Origin: Candidatus Moraniibacteriota bacterium
GTDB taxonomy: Bacteria > Patescibacteriota > Minisyncoccia > Moranbacterales > UBA11712
Direction: 5' to 3'
Assembly (NCBI GenBank): GCA_030679895.1
Contig: JAUXSN010000026.1
Location: 24,661-88,660 of the forward strand
Length of the DNA: 64,000 bases
In this document: positions 26,587 through 35,183 of the stretch, one piece after another
Numbering within the stretch: the stretch's first letter is position 1
Layout: each line of letters opens with the position of its first letter
Position numbers and translations under genes: made by a program
Notes under the pieces: generated by a model
What the model was told of the DNA's origin: nothing
Seen by the model: only the letters and a program-made list of their open reading frames with translations
Database searches by the model: none

Positions 26587-27810
26587 ATGAATACAAGAAC
26601 TCCCAACAGAAGAGGACCGAGAAGATCCTTTTCGCGGTCAACAATGCCTCGAAAACCCTATGGCGGTTCGCGCTTTGGCGGAGGTCAAAGAAGCCGTCAA
26701 GGCGGCGAACGGATTGATTTCTCAAGATTCATCAACAAAGCGGTGATAACCGAAGAAGTTGATCATTTTGTACCGGAACATAAATTCCAGGATTTTGCCA
26801 TTGACCAACATTTGAAGCGCGCGATTACCGCAAGAGGCTACACTGACCCGACCCCGATCCAGGACCGGACCATTCCTCATATTTTGCGCGGTTCGGATCT
26901 GGTCGGCATCGCCAACACCGGCACCGGAAAAACGGCCGCTTTTCTCATTCCGCTCATCCACAAAGTTCGACAGAGCACTTCAGAGCACGTTTTGATCATC
27001 GTGCCGACTCGCGAGCTTGCGATTCAAATCGATCAGGAACTGAAAGACCTGACGAGAGGAATGAAAATATTTTCCGCTTGTTGCGTCGGAGGAATGAACA
27101 TCCGCCCCCAGATTCAAGCTCTTCGCTACCGGCATAATTTCATCATTGGAACGCCGGGGCGGCTTAAAGACTTGATCGACCGAAGGATCATCCATCTTTC
27201 AGATATAAAAACAGTAGTACTCGACGAAGCCGATCGGATGCTCGATATGGGATTCATCGCTGATATGCGTTTTGTGATAGCGGGAATGTCCAAAGAACGG
27301 CAAACTCTTTTTTTCGCGGCCACTTTTTCCTCGGAGGTTGAAAGGTTCGTCAAAGAATTTTTGCGGGATCCGGTGAGAATTTCCGTCAAAACGCGGGATA
27401 CTTCGAAAAATGTCGACCAGGATGTCGTGAAAATCGGCCGGGATCAAGTGAAAATAGAAGTGCTCCATGACCTTCTCAACCAAAAAGAGTTGAGCAAAGT
27501 ACTCATTTTCGGACGGACAAAGCACGGAGTGGAAAAACTTTCAAAGATTCTTATTCAAAGGGGCTTCAGCGCAGAGTCAATTCACGGCAACAAAAACCAT
27601 GCGAAACGACAGCGCGCACTTGGTCTTTTCAAAACCGATCGGATCAAAATTTTGGTAGCCACCGACGTCGCGGCTCGCGGTATCGATATTGCGGATGTGA
27701 GTCATGTGATCAACTACGACCTGCCGGAAACATACGATGATTATATCCACCGCATCGGCCGAACCGGACGAGGCGACAAGAAAGGCAAAGCCCTGACGTT
27801 TGTCGGGTAA
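26587..27810 (+). CDS. DEAD-box ATP-dependent RNA helicase
   Basis: Q-motif, PTPIQ, AxTGTGKT, DEAD (LDEADRM), SAT, HRIGRTGR; N-terminal R/G-rich tail. Confidence 0.9.
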   Translation: MNTRTPNRRGPRRSFSRSTMPRKPYGGSRFGGGQRSRQGGERIDFSRFINKAVITEEVDHFVPEHKFQDFAIDQHLKRAITARGYTDPTPIQDRTIPHILRGSDLVGIANTGTGKTAAFLIPLIHKVRQSTSEHVLIIVPTRELAIQIDQELKDLTRGMKIFSACCVGGMNIRPQIQALRYRHNFIIGTPGRLKDLIDRRIIHLSDIKTVVLDEADRMLDMGFIADMRFVIAGMSKERQTLFFAATFSSEVERFVKEFLRDPVRISVKTRDTSKNVDQDVVKIGRDQVKIEVLHDLLNQKELSKVLIFGRTKHGVEKLSKILIQRGFSAESIHGNKNHAKRQRALGLFKTDRIKILVATDVAARGIDIADVSHVINYDLPETYDDYIHRIGRTGRGDKKGKALTFVG

Positions 27811-27860
27811 ACCCCGCGCCAAATATAGCAAAAATGCGCTTGGGATGCTAAAATCAAGCC

Positions 27861-29435
27861 ATGGAAGCAGTTTTTCGCTTTTTAGAAAAATACAGGAGTT
27901 ACTTCCTCGTTCTGATCTGTCTTATTGTTGGCGCTTATTTACGCTTTCACCACATAGGCCTTCGAACTTTTTGGCTCGACGAAGCCAGCTCGGCCACTTT
28001 GATAAAATACAATTTTTCGGACTTGTGGCGGGAAATCGCCCAGAAAGACAGCTGTCCCGCTTATCTTTTTTTTCTGAAAATATGGTCGCTCCTTTTTGGC
28101 GATTCAGAATTCGCCCTAAGATCTTTTTCCGCCACAGCCGGCCTGCTCTCGATAGCCGCTATTTACCGGCTTGGTAAAATGCTTTTTGGAAAAACCGCCG
28201 GCCTTTGGGCCGGATTTTTGCTGTCGATAAATTATTTTGGCATTTTTTATGCCATTCAAGCCCGGCCGTATTCTCTGGCAATTCTTTTCAGTATTTTATC
28301 TTATTATTATTTTGTTAAATTAATAAGAAATGAAAAGTCCGCTCTCAATGTTATTTTATATATCGTCGTAACCGCCGTCGGAATTTATATCCACATCTGG
28401 TTTTTCCTTATTTTAGGCTCCCAAATTCTCTATTGGCTGATAAAGAAAGCGGCAAAAAGAAGCTATTTCATATTTGCGATATACCCTGTTTTCATCATTC
28501 TCCTTTCCCTTCCATGGGCAAGCACCCTGCTCCGATTTGGAAAAAACGGCGCCAGTGATTGCTATGGACCGGCCAAACTAAGCGCCTTTTCGGAAACGTT
28601 TAACTATTTTATGTTCGGCAGCGCCGCCGTCTATATAATCTTTTCTTTGATCGTTTTGGCAAGCTATTTTATCGGAATCAAAAAAGAGGAAGAGGGGGAT
28701 ATTGTCCGCTATCGATTGGTGGAAAAAACCAGCGGAATAAAAATAAATGAAAACGCGTATTTGCTTCTGAATTATTTGTTTTTCCCTCTCATCTCCGCGT
28801 GGATCATATCCCAGTTCGTTCCCATCTATTTAACCGGGAGGCACGAAGCCGTTGTGCTTCCCGCTTTCATTCTGCTCGTGGCCGGCTTTTGGTCCACTTT
28901 TCCAAATAAAAAAATTATTTTAGCTGCGGCGCTGATTCTGATCGCCTTGGGCATCCGTTCCGCCGAAGCAGACAAGCAAGCCATAAACTCTTACAAAATC
29001 AACGATAGAACAATAGCTAGGGACTTGATAAATAATATGACCGGCAACGATGTCATCATTTTTACAGGCCTTAGCCGCCCTTCTTTCGATTATTATCTGC
29101 CCCGAGTGAACACGGAAAACAAAAAATATCTGGAGATTTCCTTTCCGGAAGAAATGGAACATCACCCCGCCTTCCAAAGCATTAGGATTATGAATACAAA
29201 AATTGATAAAATATCCTTTGAGGCTGACGCATTGATTGAGAAAATAACCAATCTCAAGCCGTCTCATATTTGGATAATTTTTGCCTCCGGCAACCCCGCC
29301 AGCGAAATTTTGCGCGAAAAGATGGATGAAAAATTTAAGCTGATTGAATCTACATCTTTTCTGGACCCGGAAACTTCCGCTCCTCAAGCGGACGTTTCTC
29401 CTTTGCATTTCCAATATATTTTGGAATATGAATGA
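27861..29435 (+). CDS. GT-C fold glycosyltransferase, ArnT/PMT family (GT39/GT83-like)
   Basis: Polytopic N-terminus with FWLDEA (DE motif) in the first loop; 524 aa. Confidence 0.6.
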   Translation: MEAVFRFLEKYRSYFLVLICLIVGAYLRFHHIGLRTFWLDEASSATLIKYNFSDLWREIAQKDSCPAYLFFLKIWSLLFGDSEFALRSFSATAGLLSIAAIYRLGKMLFGKTAGLWAGFLLSINYFGIFYAIQARPYSLAILFSILSYYYFVKLIRNEKSALNVILYIVVTAVGIYIHIWFFLILGSQILYWLIKKAAKRSYFIFAIYPVFIILLSLPWASTLLRFGKNGASDCYGPAKLSAFSETFNYFMFGSAAVYIIFSLIVLASYFIGIKKEEEGDIVRYRLVEKTSGIKINENAYLLLNYLFFPLISAWIISQFVPIYLTGRHEAVVLPAFILLVAGFWSTFPNKKIILAAALILIALGIRSAEADKQAINSYKINDRTIARDLINNMTGNDVIIFTGLSRPSFDYYLPRVNTENKKYLEISFPEEMEHHPAFQSIRIMNTKIDKISFEADALIEKITNLKPSHIWIIFASGNPASEILREKMDEKFKLIESTSFLDPETSAPQADVSPLHFQYILEYE

Positions 29436-29502
29436 CCTTGTTTGAGAAATAATCCACGAAATGGTAAATTGAGCTTGATCCTCTAAGTTGTAAAACAAAC
29501 AT

Positions 29503-29703
29503 ATGGAACAAGAATTATTGGATAAATTGAATCAAATGGAGCAAAAAGTCGAGGAAACCCGCGTTCTGGCGCAAAAAACCTATAAGCTTTTTCTTTGGAC
29601 AATGATCGCAACGGTTGTGATGTTTGTTTTGCCGCTTATCGCGCTGGCGATTGTCATTCCCTATTTCCTAAAAACTATCACTTCAGGACTCAACGGACTA
29701 TAA
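29503..29703 (+). CDS. Hypothetical small membrane protein (66 aa)
   Basis: ORF with a single TM helix; no SD. Confidence 0.3.
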   Translation: MEQELLDKLNQMEQKVEETRVLAQKTYKLFLWTMIATVVMFVLPLIALAIVIPYFLKTITSGLNGL

Positions 29704-29723
29704 AAAAATATCAGTAACAAAAA

Positions 29724-29750
29724 AAGTTTCCACTCGGAAACTTTTTTATA
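29724..29750. terminator. Bidirectional terminator between convergent genes
   Basis: aaaagtttccactcggaaactttttt. Confidence 0.6.
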
Positions 29751-29773
29751 TACGAAATACTAAACACCAGCTG

Positions 29774-31237
29774 CTATTCCACTTGATAATTCGGCGATTC
29801 TTTCGTGATGGTCACATCATGGACGTGGCTTTCCTTGAGTCCCGCGTTTGAAATTTTGATAAACTTCGCTTTCTCTTGAAGTTCTTTCAGATTTTTGCAT
29901 CCGCAATACCCCATTCCCGAACGCAGCCCTCCCATAAGCTGATAAACGCTCTGCGAAAGCGGTCCCTTGTAGGGAACGCGCCCTTCAATTCCCTCCGGAA
30001 CCAATTTTGAAGCTTCAACCCCGCTCTGGCCGTAACGATCCCTGGACCCCTGCATCATCGCTCCCAACGACCCCATGCCGCGGTAGAGTTTATAGTGCCG
30101 GCCTTGGTATAGGATCGTCTCGCCCGGCGATTCATCCGTTCCGGCAAAGAGGCTTCCGATCATCACCGCGTTCGCGCCAGCCGCCAGAGCCTTGGTGATA
30201 TCACCCGAATATTTCACTCCCCCGTCGGCAATGACGGGAATATTATATTTTTTTGCCACGCCGACAACATTTTGAATGGCCGTGATTTGAGGCATACCCG
30301 CTCCCGACACAATTCTTGTTGTGCAAATCGATCCCGGACCGATGCCGACTTTCAAAGCGTCCGCTCCAGCTTTTATGAGATCTTCCGCCGCTTCCGCGAT
30401 GGCGATATTCCCGGCAATGACGGGAATATTAAATTTCTTTTTTATTTCTTTCAGCGTATTCAAGACGGATTGGCTGTGGCCATGCGCCGTATCGATTGAA
30501 ATTAAATCGGCGTTAGCTTCCATCAACAAACCAACCCTATCGAGAGTATCGGCGCTCGTACCGACAGCCGCTCCCACCCGAAGCCTCCCTAATTTATCCT
30601 TGCAAGCGTTGGGATATTTCTTTTTCTTTTCAATGTCCTTTACGGTAATGAGTCCCTTAAGGATATAATTTTTATCGACAATAAGCAGTTTTTCGATCTT
30701 GTATTTTCCCAGAACCCTTTTGGCTTGGTCGAAGTCCGTTCCGACCGGCGCGGTGATCAAATTGTCTTTAGTCATCACCTGCCTCACCGTTTTTTTGATA
30801 TTCGTTTCGAAACGGAGATCGCGGTTGGTAATAATGCCGATTAATTTCCCTTTTTTATCCGTGACGGGCACGCCGGAAATGCGATAATGTTTCATCAGCT
30901 TCATGACATCGGAAATCAGAACATCCGCGGAGACAGTCACCGGGTCTATGATCATTCCTGATTCTGATTTTTTCACCTTTTCAATTTCACCGGCTTGTTG
31001 GGCCGGCGTCATATTGCGGTGGATAAAACCGATGCCTCCTTCTTGCGCGAGCGCGATCGCGAGAGCTGATTCCGTCACTGTGTCCATCGCCGCAGAAAGT
31101 ATCGGGATGTTCAATTTTATTTCGCGCGTGAGAAGCGTCGTCACGTCCGCGTCTTTCGGCATCACTTCTGATTTTCGCGGAACGAGCAGAACGTCGTCAA
31201 AAGTGAGTCCCGTTTCAATTTTTTTTATTGTTGGCAT
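29774..31237 (-). CDS. guaB: IMP dehydrogenase
   Basis: IGxGSICTT catalytic Cys loop and tandem CBS domains; start set to [16 protein letters not shown] (ATG at 31237). Confidence 0.9.
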   Translation of the reverse strand: MPTIKKIETGLTFDDVLLVPRKSEVMPKDADVTTLLTREIKLNIPILSAAMDTVTESALAIALAQEGGIGFIHRNMTPAQQAGEIEKVKKSESGMIIDPVTVSADVLISDVMKLMKHYRISGVPVTDKKGKLIGIITNRDLRFETNIKKTVRQVMTKDNLITAPVGTDFDQAKRVLGKYKIEKLLIVDKNYILKGLITVKDIEKKKKYPNACKDKLGRLRVGAAVGTSADTLDRVGLLMEANADLISIDTAHGHSQSVLNTLKEIKKKFNIPVIAGNIAIAEAAEDLIKAGADALKVGIGPGSICTTRIVSGAGMPQITAIQNVVGVAKKYNIPVIADGGVKYSGDITKALAAGANAVMIGSLFAGTDESPGETILYQGRHYKLYRGMGSLGAMMQGSRDRYGQSGVEASKLVPEGIEGRVPYKGPLSQSVYQLMGGLRSGMGYCGCKNLKELQEKAKFIKISNAGLKESHVHDVTITKESPNYQVE

Positions 31238-31392
31238 AAAATTTGGAAAAATTATTAAAAAATAAAGCCCCAAAAAAAGAGAGCTTGTTCCTTTTTATAA
31301 ATATAGTATTTTTTGGAGATTGTGTCAAAAATAGAAAAATGGTTGACGTAACTGTATTTTTCCTTATATTTAATACCAAGAAGGTGCGTGGC

Positions 31393-31506
31393 ATGAAACC
31401 TTTTTTCCGCCGGATGCTAATGACTTTGGAGTTCCACTTTGACTGGTTATTGGGGAGAATATTGCCCGATTGCATCATCAAAGCGATCGACCGAAGACTG
31501 GGTTAA
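31393..31506 (+). CDS. Possible 37-aa small ORF or leader peptide followed by a hairpin (31519..31553) upstream of tsaC
   Basis: GGTG SD 5 nt upstream of the ATG; followed by gctgctgcttccttctttaagggagcagcagc and a T-rich tract. Confidence 0.25.
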   Translation: MKPFFRRMLMTLEFHFDWLLGRILPDCIIKAIDRRLG

Positions 31507-31568
31507 TGCCTCCGAGAGTGCTGCTGCTTCCTTCTTTAAGGGAGCAGCAGCCAATTTATTTATCACAA

Positions 31569-32150
31569 ATGACAAAAAACATAATCAATATATCAAAATT
31601 AATTAGGTGCAATAAAATCGGTGTCATACCCACCGACACTATCTATGGCATCGTGGCTTCGGCGTGGTCGAAAAAAGCGGTTGCGCGAGCCTATAAAATA
31701 ATGGGGCGTGATCCCAAAAAACCTTTTATTATTCTCATCTCATCAATTGAAGATTTAGCCTTATTTAAGGTGAAAATAGACAATGCGACAAAAAATATTC
31801 TCAAAAAACTCTGGCCGGGAAAAATCAGTGTGGTTTTGCCAATTCCCTTCAAAAGATTCCAGTATCTCCATCGCGGAACAAAAACTCTTGCTTTTCGCGT
31901 TCCGAAAAAGCCCAGTTTGATAAAAATACTGAAATATTCCGGTCCGCTAATCTCAACTAGCGCCAATCCGCAAGGCTTGAAACCGGCTGCGACTATCACG
32001 GAAGCAAAAAAATATTTCGCGGATGAAATAGATTTTTATATCAATAACGGAAAAATGCCGCTTTTCCCTTCTACCCTGGTGGAGATTAAGCATAATAAGA
32101 TCGTCATTAAAAGAATAGGCGTTGGTAAGATACCCAATGAGCTGTTATAA
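31569..32150 (+). CDS. tsaC: L-threonylcarbamoyladenylate synthase (TsaC/YrdC family)
   Basis: IPTDTIYGIVA and SANPQG motifs; start set to the internal ATG (MTKNIINI...). Confidence 0.8.
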   Translation: MTKNIINISKLIRCNKIGVIPTDTIYGIVASAWSKKAVARAYKIMGRDPKKPFIILISSIEDLALFKVKIDNATKNILKKLWPGKISVVLPIPFKRFQYLHRGTKTLAFRVPKKPSLIKILKYSGPLISTSANPQGLKPAATITEAKKYFADEIDFYINNGKMPLFPSTLVEIKHNKIVIKRIGVGKIPNELL

Positions 32151-32223
32151 TCATCGAGGAAATAATTTTACTATCTCTGCGTATTAGATAAAGCCTAATA
32201 ATTAATAAGTTAACTTATATATT

Positions 32224-32346
32224 ATGGAAGACAAATGCCCAAACTGCGGCGAGCCTACGGAGAGCTGCAAGTGCGAATCGAGCGAAGAAAAATCCGGTTG
32301 CGATTGTTCCTGTTGCGGCCATCCGTGCGAACCGGAAGAAAAATAA
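32224..32346 (+). CDS. 40-aa cysteine-rich peptide (9 Cys; metallothionein-like or other Cys-rich small protein); not in the ORF track because it is under 60 aa
   Basis: MEDKCPNCGEPTESCKCESSEEKSGCDCSCCGHPCEPEEK, followed by a perfect terminator hairpin aaaaatcaacttcgcccgccgcgaagttgattttt (32356..32390). Confidence 0.45.
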   Translation: MEDKCPNCGEPTESCKCESSEEKSGCDCSCCGHPCEPEEK

Positions 32347-32423
32347 TCCCATTGCAAAAATCAACTTCGCCCGCCGCGAAGTTGATTTTTCGATACGATA
32401 ATTTGTCATGAGCAAAAAAACAG

Positions 32424-33152
32424 ATGCTTTACAATGTTAAATTATTTAGAAAATATCAAAATATTCAAGCTTTTTTCTCCCGAAAATCAGATAGTTCAAT
32501 GAAATTGACAAGCAATTCCCTTTTGAAAAAAAGAATATCCGCCAATCGAGAAGATTATTTCGTGAAAAATAACATCGATCCGAAAAATGTTGTTTCGGCA
32601 AAAATAGTTCATGAAAAGAAGCTTGCTGCTGTTCATGAAAAAGACAGCAGGAAAATTATATCAGGCGTTGATGGATTAATTACTCAAAATAAAAACATAT
32701 TTTTATCAATAACTTCAGCTGATTGCCTGCCGATTTTTTTGTTCGAGCCGGAAAAAGAAATTATCGGCATGATCCACGCCGGCTGGCGGAACCTGGAAAA
32801 AGGCATCGCATCCAATGCTGTCGAAAAAATTATTAAACTTGGCGGAAGACCGGAAAATATTTTGGTCGGGATTGGCCCCGCTATCTGCCAAAAACATTAT
32901 GAAGTCGGACTGGAGGTCGCGGAAAAATTCAAAAAATATCCCGAGGCGATAAAAAAAGAGGGTGGAAAAACATATCTGGACATAAAAAAAATCGCCCAGC
33001 TTCAGCTCTTGGAATTGGGAATAAGAAAAGGAAATATTGAAATTAGTTCTGAATGTACTTTTGAACTTCCTAAAAAATATTTTTCGGCGAGACGAGACAA
33101 ACCAAAGATAGTAGAAGCAATGATAGCAGTAATCGGAATGAAAAATACTTGA
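32424..33152 (+). CDS. pgeF: Peptidoglycan editing factor PgeF / YfiH (DUF152, laccase-domain) family
   Basis: SADCLPIF...HAGWRN motif pair; 242 aa. Confidence 0.75.
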   Translation: MLYNVKLFRKYQNIQAFFSRKSDSSMKLTSNSLLKKRISANREDYFVKNNIDPKNVVSAKIVHEKKLAAVHEKDSRKIISGVDGLITQNKNIFLSITSADCLPIFLFEPEKEIIGMIHAGWRNLEKGIASNAVEKIIKLGGRPENILVGIGPAICQKHYEVGLEVAEKFKKYPEAIKKEGGKTYLDIKKIAQLQLLELGIRKGNIEISSECTFELPKKYFSARRDKPKIVEAMIAVIGMKNT

Positions 33153-33210
33153 TATAAATGGAAGTCGAACTTCCAAAGATATCAAAAGATTATCCCACTT
33201 CTGTATATTT

Positions 33211-33340
33211 TGTGCCCTCGACAGCCCCGCTCCTCACGAAGGGCGGGGTAAAGAATCACACGATATAGTTTTCTTGTGTCCTCAGAGGGAGTCGAACCTT
33301 CATCTCCCCGCCACGGCGGGGCGCTCTTTTTTTATAGCTA
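33211..33340 (-). repeat. Two tandem truncated copies of a tRNA 3' half (T-arm plus acceptor) downstream of tRNA-Arg, each next to a GC hairpin (33306..33336 is also a plus-strand terminator)
   Basis: Minus strand: GAAGGTTCGACTCCCTCTGAGGACA and GCGGGGCTGTCGAGGGCA against the genuine 3' half ACAGGTTCGATTCCTGTCGAGGACA; neither fragment has a D or anticodon arm. Confidence 0.6.
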
Positions 33341-33341
33341 G

Positions 33342-33413
33342 TGTCCTCGACAGGAATCGAACCTGTATTTTGAGTTCCGGAAACTCACGTCCTATCCGTT
33401 GGACTACGAGGAC
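33342..33413 (-). tRNA. tRNA-Arg (anticodon CCG)
   Basis: Hand-folded GTCCTCGTAGTCCAACGGATAGGACGTGAGTTTCCGGAACTCAAAATACAGGTTCGATTCCTGTCGAGGACA; all four arms pair. Confidence 0.75.
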
Positions 33414-33417
33414 TTTT

Positions 33418-34707
33418 CTATCTATCCTTCCAGTTTTCCCTTCTTAATTTCTTGTGATAACTGATCGCGAAGCGGTGGGCTTCGTTTCGGATTCGCTCAA
33501 GCAATTTTTCGTCGCTCAATATCCGATTATACTTCTCTCTTATTTGCTCATTTCGACCGAGATATGTCAAGAGAAACTTTGACTGATAGACATCCAGTTT
33601 TTTTCGCGTCGGTCCTTTGGCAACTGCGATGACCGGGATATCCATTTTAAAATCCTTCAAAACGCTTTGCGCCATATTGAGATGCCCCTTTCCCCCATCA
33701 AGAAGAATTAGATCCGGTCTTGCCCAGTTATTTTTGAATCTCCTATATAATACTTCTCGCATCATGGCCACGTCATCAATTCCGGATACGGTTTTTATTT
33801 TGAACTTTCGGTATTCGTTTTTATCCTCCTTCCCATTTGTAAATACAACCATCGAGCCAACCGCGTAATCCCCGCCGATGTTTGAAATATCATAGGCTTC
33901 AATCCTGAATGGTTTTGGAAGTTTAGCTTCCATAATGGAAGCTAAACTTCCACTTCCACTATCCTCGGATATCAACACCACATCCCGAATATGCTCCAGA
34001 GCAAAGATCCGATTGCGCGTTTCAGCGGCTTTTTCGAATTCTCTTTTTTTGGAATAATCTTTCATTTCTTTTTCCAGTTTTCCAATCAAACTTTTTTTCT
34101 TGCCTTCAAGGATCATCTTCACTCCCCGAATATTTTTGAGATAATCTTTTTTCGAAATCGCGCCCGCGTACGGCCCCGGACATCTTCCGATCTGGAAATC
34201 GAAACAACATTGACTCGTCGCCCGCTTTGCGCTGTGAAACGGAAAAATTCTGCGGATGAGTTTCAAAGCAATATTCATTTGGTGCTTCGAGAGATACGGC
34301 CCGTATATTTTTTTCGCCGGTACTTTCCCCAGTTCCGTTTTCCAAAGGATCACCACCCGCGGAAATTTTTCTTTGGTGATCACAAAATAGCCGAAACTCT
34401 TGTCATCTTTCGCCATCACATTATATTTCGGCTGGTGTTTTTTGATGAGATTTGCTTCCAAAATCAGCGCTTCAAGAACCGAATCAGTTTCATGGATTTT
34501 AATGTCCGCAACTTGCAAAACCATCGGCTCAATATTCGGCCTGTCGAGGTGAAACCTCGACAGGAAATAACTCCCCACCCGATCCTTGAGACTCGTCGCT
34601 TTCCCAATATAAAGAATTTTCCCTTGCTTATCACGGAATTCGTACACGCCGGGGGATTTTGGAAGCTTATTTATGCTGTTTTTTGGGGCTTGGCTTGACA
34701 ATGGCAT
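33418..34707 (-). CDS. uvrC: Excinuclease ABC subunit C, short form lacking the C-terminal (HhH)2 domain
   Basis: GIY-YIG (GVYEFRDKQGKILYIGKATSLKDRV), UvrBC-interaction and RNase H-like endonuclease regions; only 429 aa. Confidence 0.8.
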   Translation of the reverse strand: MPLSSQAPKNSINKLPKSPGVYEFRDKQGKILYIGKATSLKDRVGSYFLSRFHLDRPNIEPMVLQVADIKIHETDSVLEALILEANLIKKHQPKYNVMAKDDKSFGYFVITKEKFPRVVILWKTELGKVPAKKIYGPYLSKHQMNIALKLIRRIFPFHSAKRATSQCCFDFQIGRCPGPYAGAISKKDYLKNIRGVKMILEGKKKSLIGKLEKEMKDYSKKREFEKAAETRNRIFALEHIRDVVLISEDSGSGSLASIMEAKLPKPFRIEAYDISNIGGDYAVGSMVVFTNGKEDKNEYRKFKIKTVSGIDDVAMMREVLYRRFKNNWARPDLILLDGGKGHLNMAQSVLKDFKMDIPVIAVAKGPTRKKLDVYQSKFLLTYLGRNEQIREKYNRILSDEKLLERIRNEAHRFAISYHKKLRRENWKDR

Positions 34708-34760
34708 ATTTTTTATATATTGTTATCTGAAAACCAAATAAAGCGAATTAAGGAGGCGTC

Positions 34761-35003
34761 ATGCAGTACGTTATCGTTGAGAGGGTTCACATCACGAACC
34801 TTCATACGGTATTTGGCCCGTATTCTTCTCTAGGAGTGGTGGGAAGAATTTTACAGAATAAAGGATATCACCTCTACCTCAACTGGGAGAAATCCGCCGG
34901 ACGGTTGGTGTATGAAAAGGAAAATGAGCGGGGCACGCACACCATCAAAACAGTAAGCGCAGTTGTGTGCCCGATTCTTCCGGACGCCAGCGGCATGGTT
35001 TAA
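34761..35003 (+). CDS. Hypothetical small protein (80 aa)
   Basis: Strong SD (AAGGAGG) before the ATG; terminator at 35033..35070. Confidence 0.45.
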   Translation: MQYVIVERVHITNLHTVFGPYSSLGVVGRILQNKGYHLYLNWEKSAGRLVYEKENERGTHTIKTVSAVVCPILPDASGMV

Positions 35004-35095
35004 TTTAATCACCGACTTGGTGACCACCCATAGTGGGAGCAGGTTTTATAGCTTGTCTCCCGCTTTTTTATTTGTAAAAAACCCTGACTCCTTTT

Positions 35096-35177
35096 TGTCA
35101 TTCCCGCGAAAGCGGGAATCCAGTAATCGTTGCTATTCAGTTTTTTTCTGGATTCCGCATCAAGTGCGGGATGACAC
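35096..35177. mobile_element. GC-hairpin palindromic MITE-like element, full copy A, immediately 3' of uvrA
   Basis: tgtcattcccgcgaaagcgggaatccag - spacer - ctggattccgcatcaagtgcgggatgacac; termini TGTCAT/ATGACA. Confidence 0.7.
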
Positions 35178-35183
35178 TTCGTG

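Noticed and set aside
31243-31506. Full 87-aa ORF starting at 31243
   Set aside because: The start would lie within or overlap the divergent guaB start region, and the N-terminal part is hydrophobic low-complexity. Only the distal 37-aa portion has an SD and it is kept at low confidence.
32215-32415. 66-aa minus-strand ORF
   Set aside because: It is antisense to the far more plausible Cys-rich peptide gene with its downstream terminator, and its composition is F/A/R-rich.
33278-33340. Possible second tRNA next to tRNA-Arg
   Set aside because: Only a T-arm-like segment and an acceptor-like 3' strand are present. The would-be anticodon region folds as a 6-bp stem with a 3-nt loop (a terminator) and there is no 5' acceptor strand, so I treat it as a tRNA 3' fragment.
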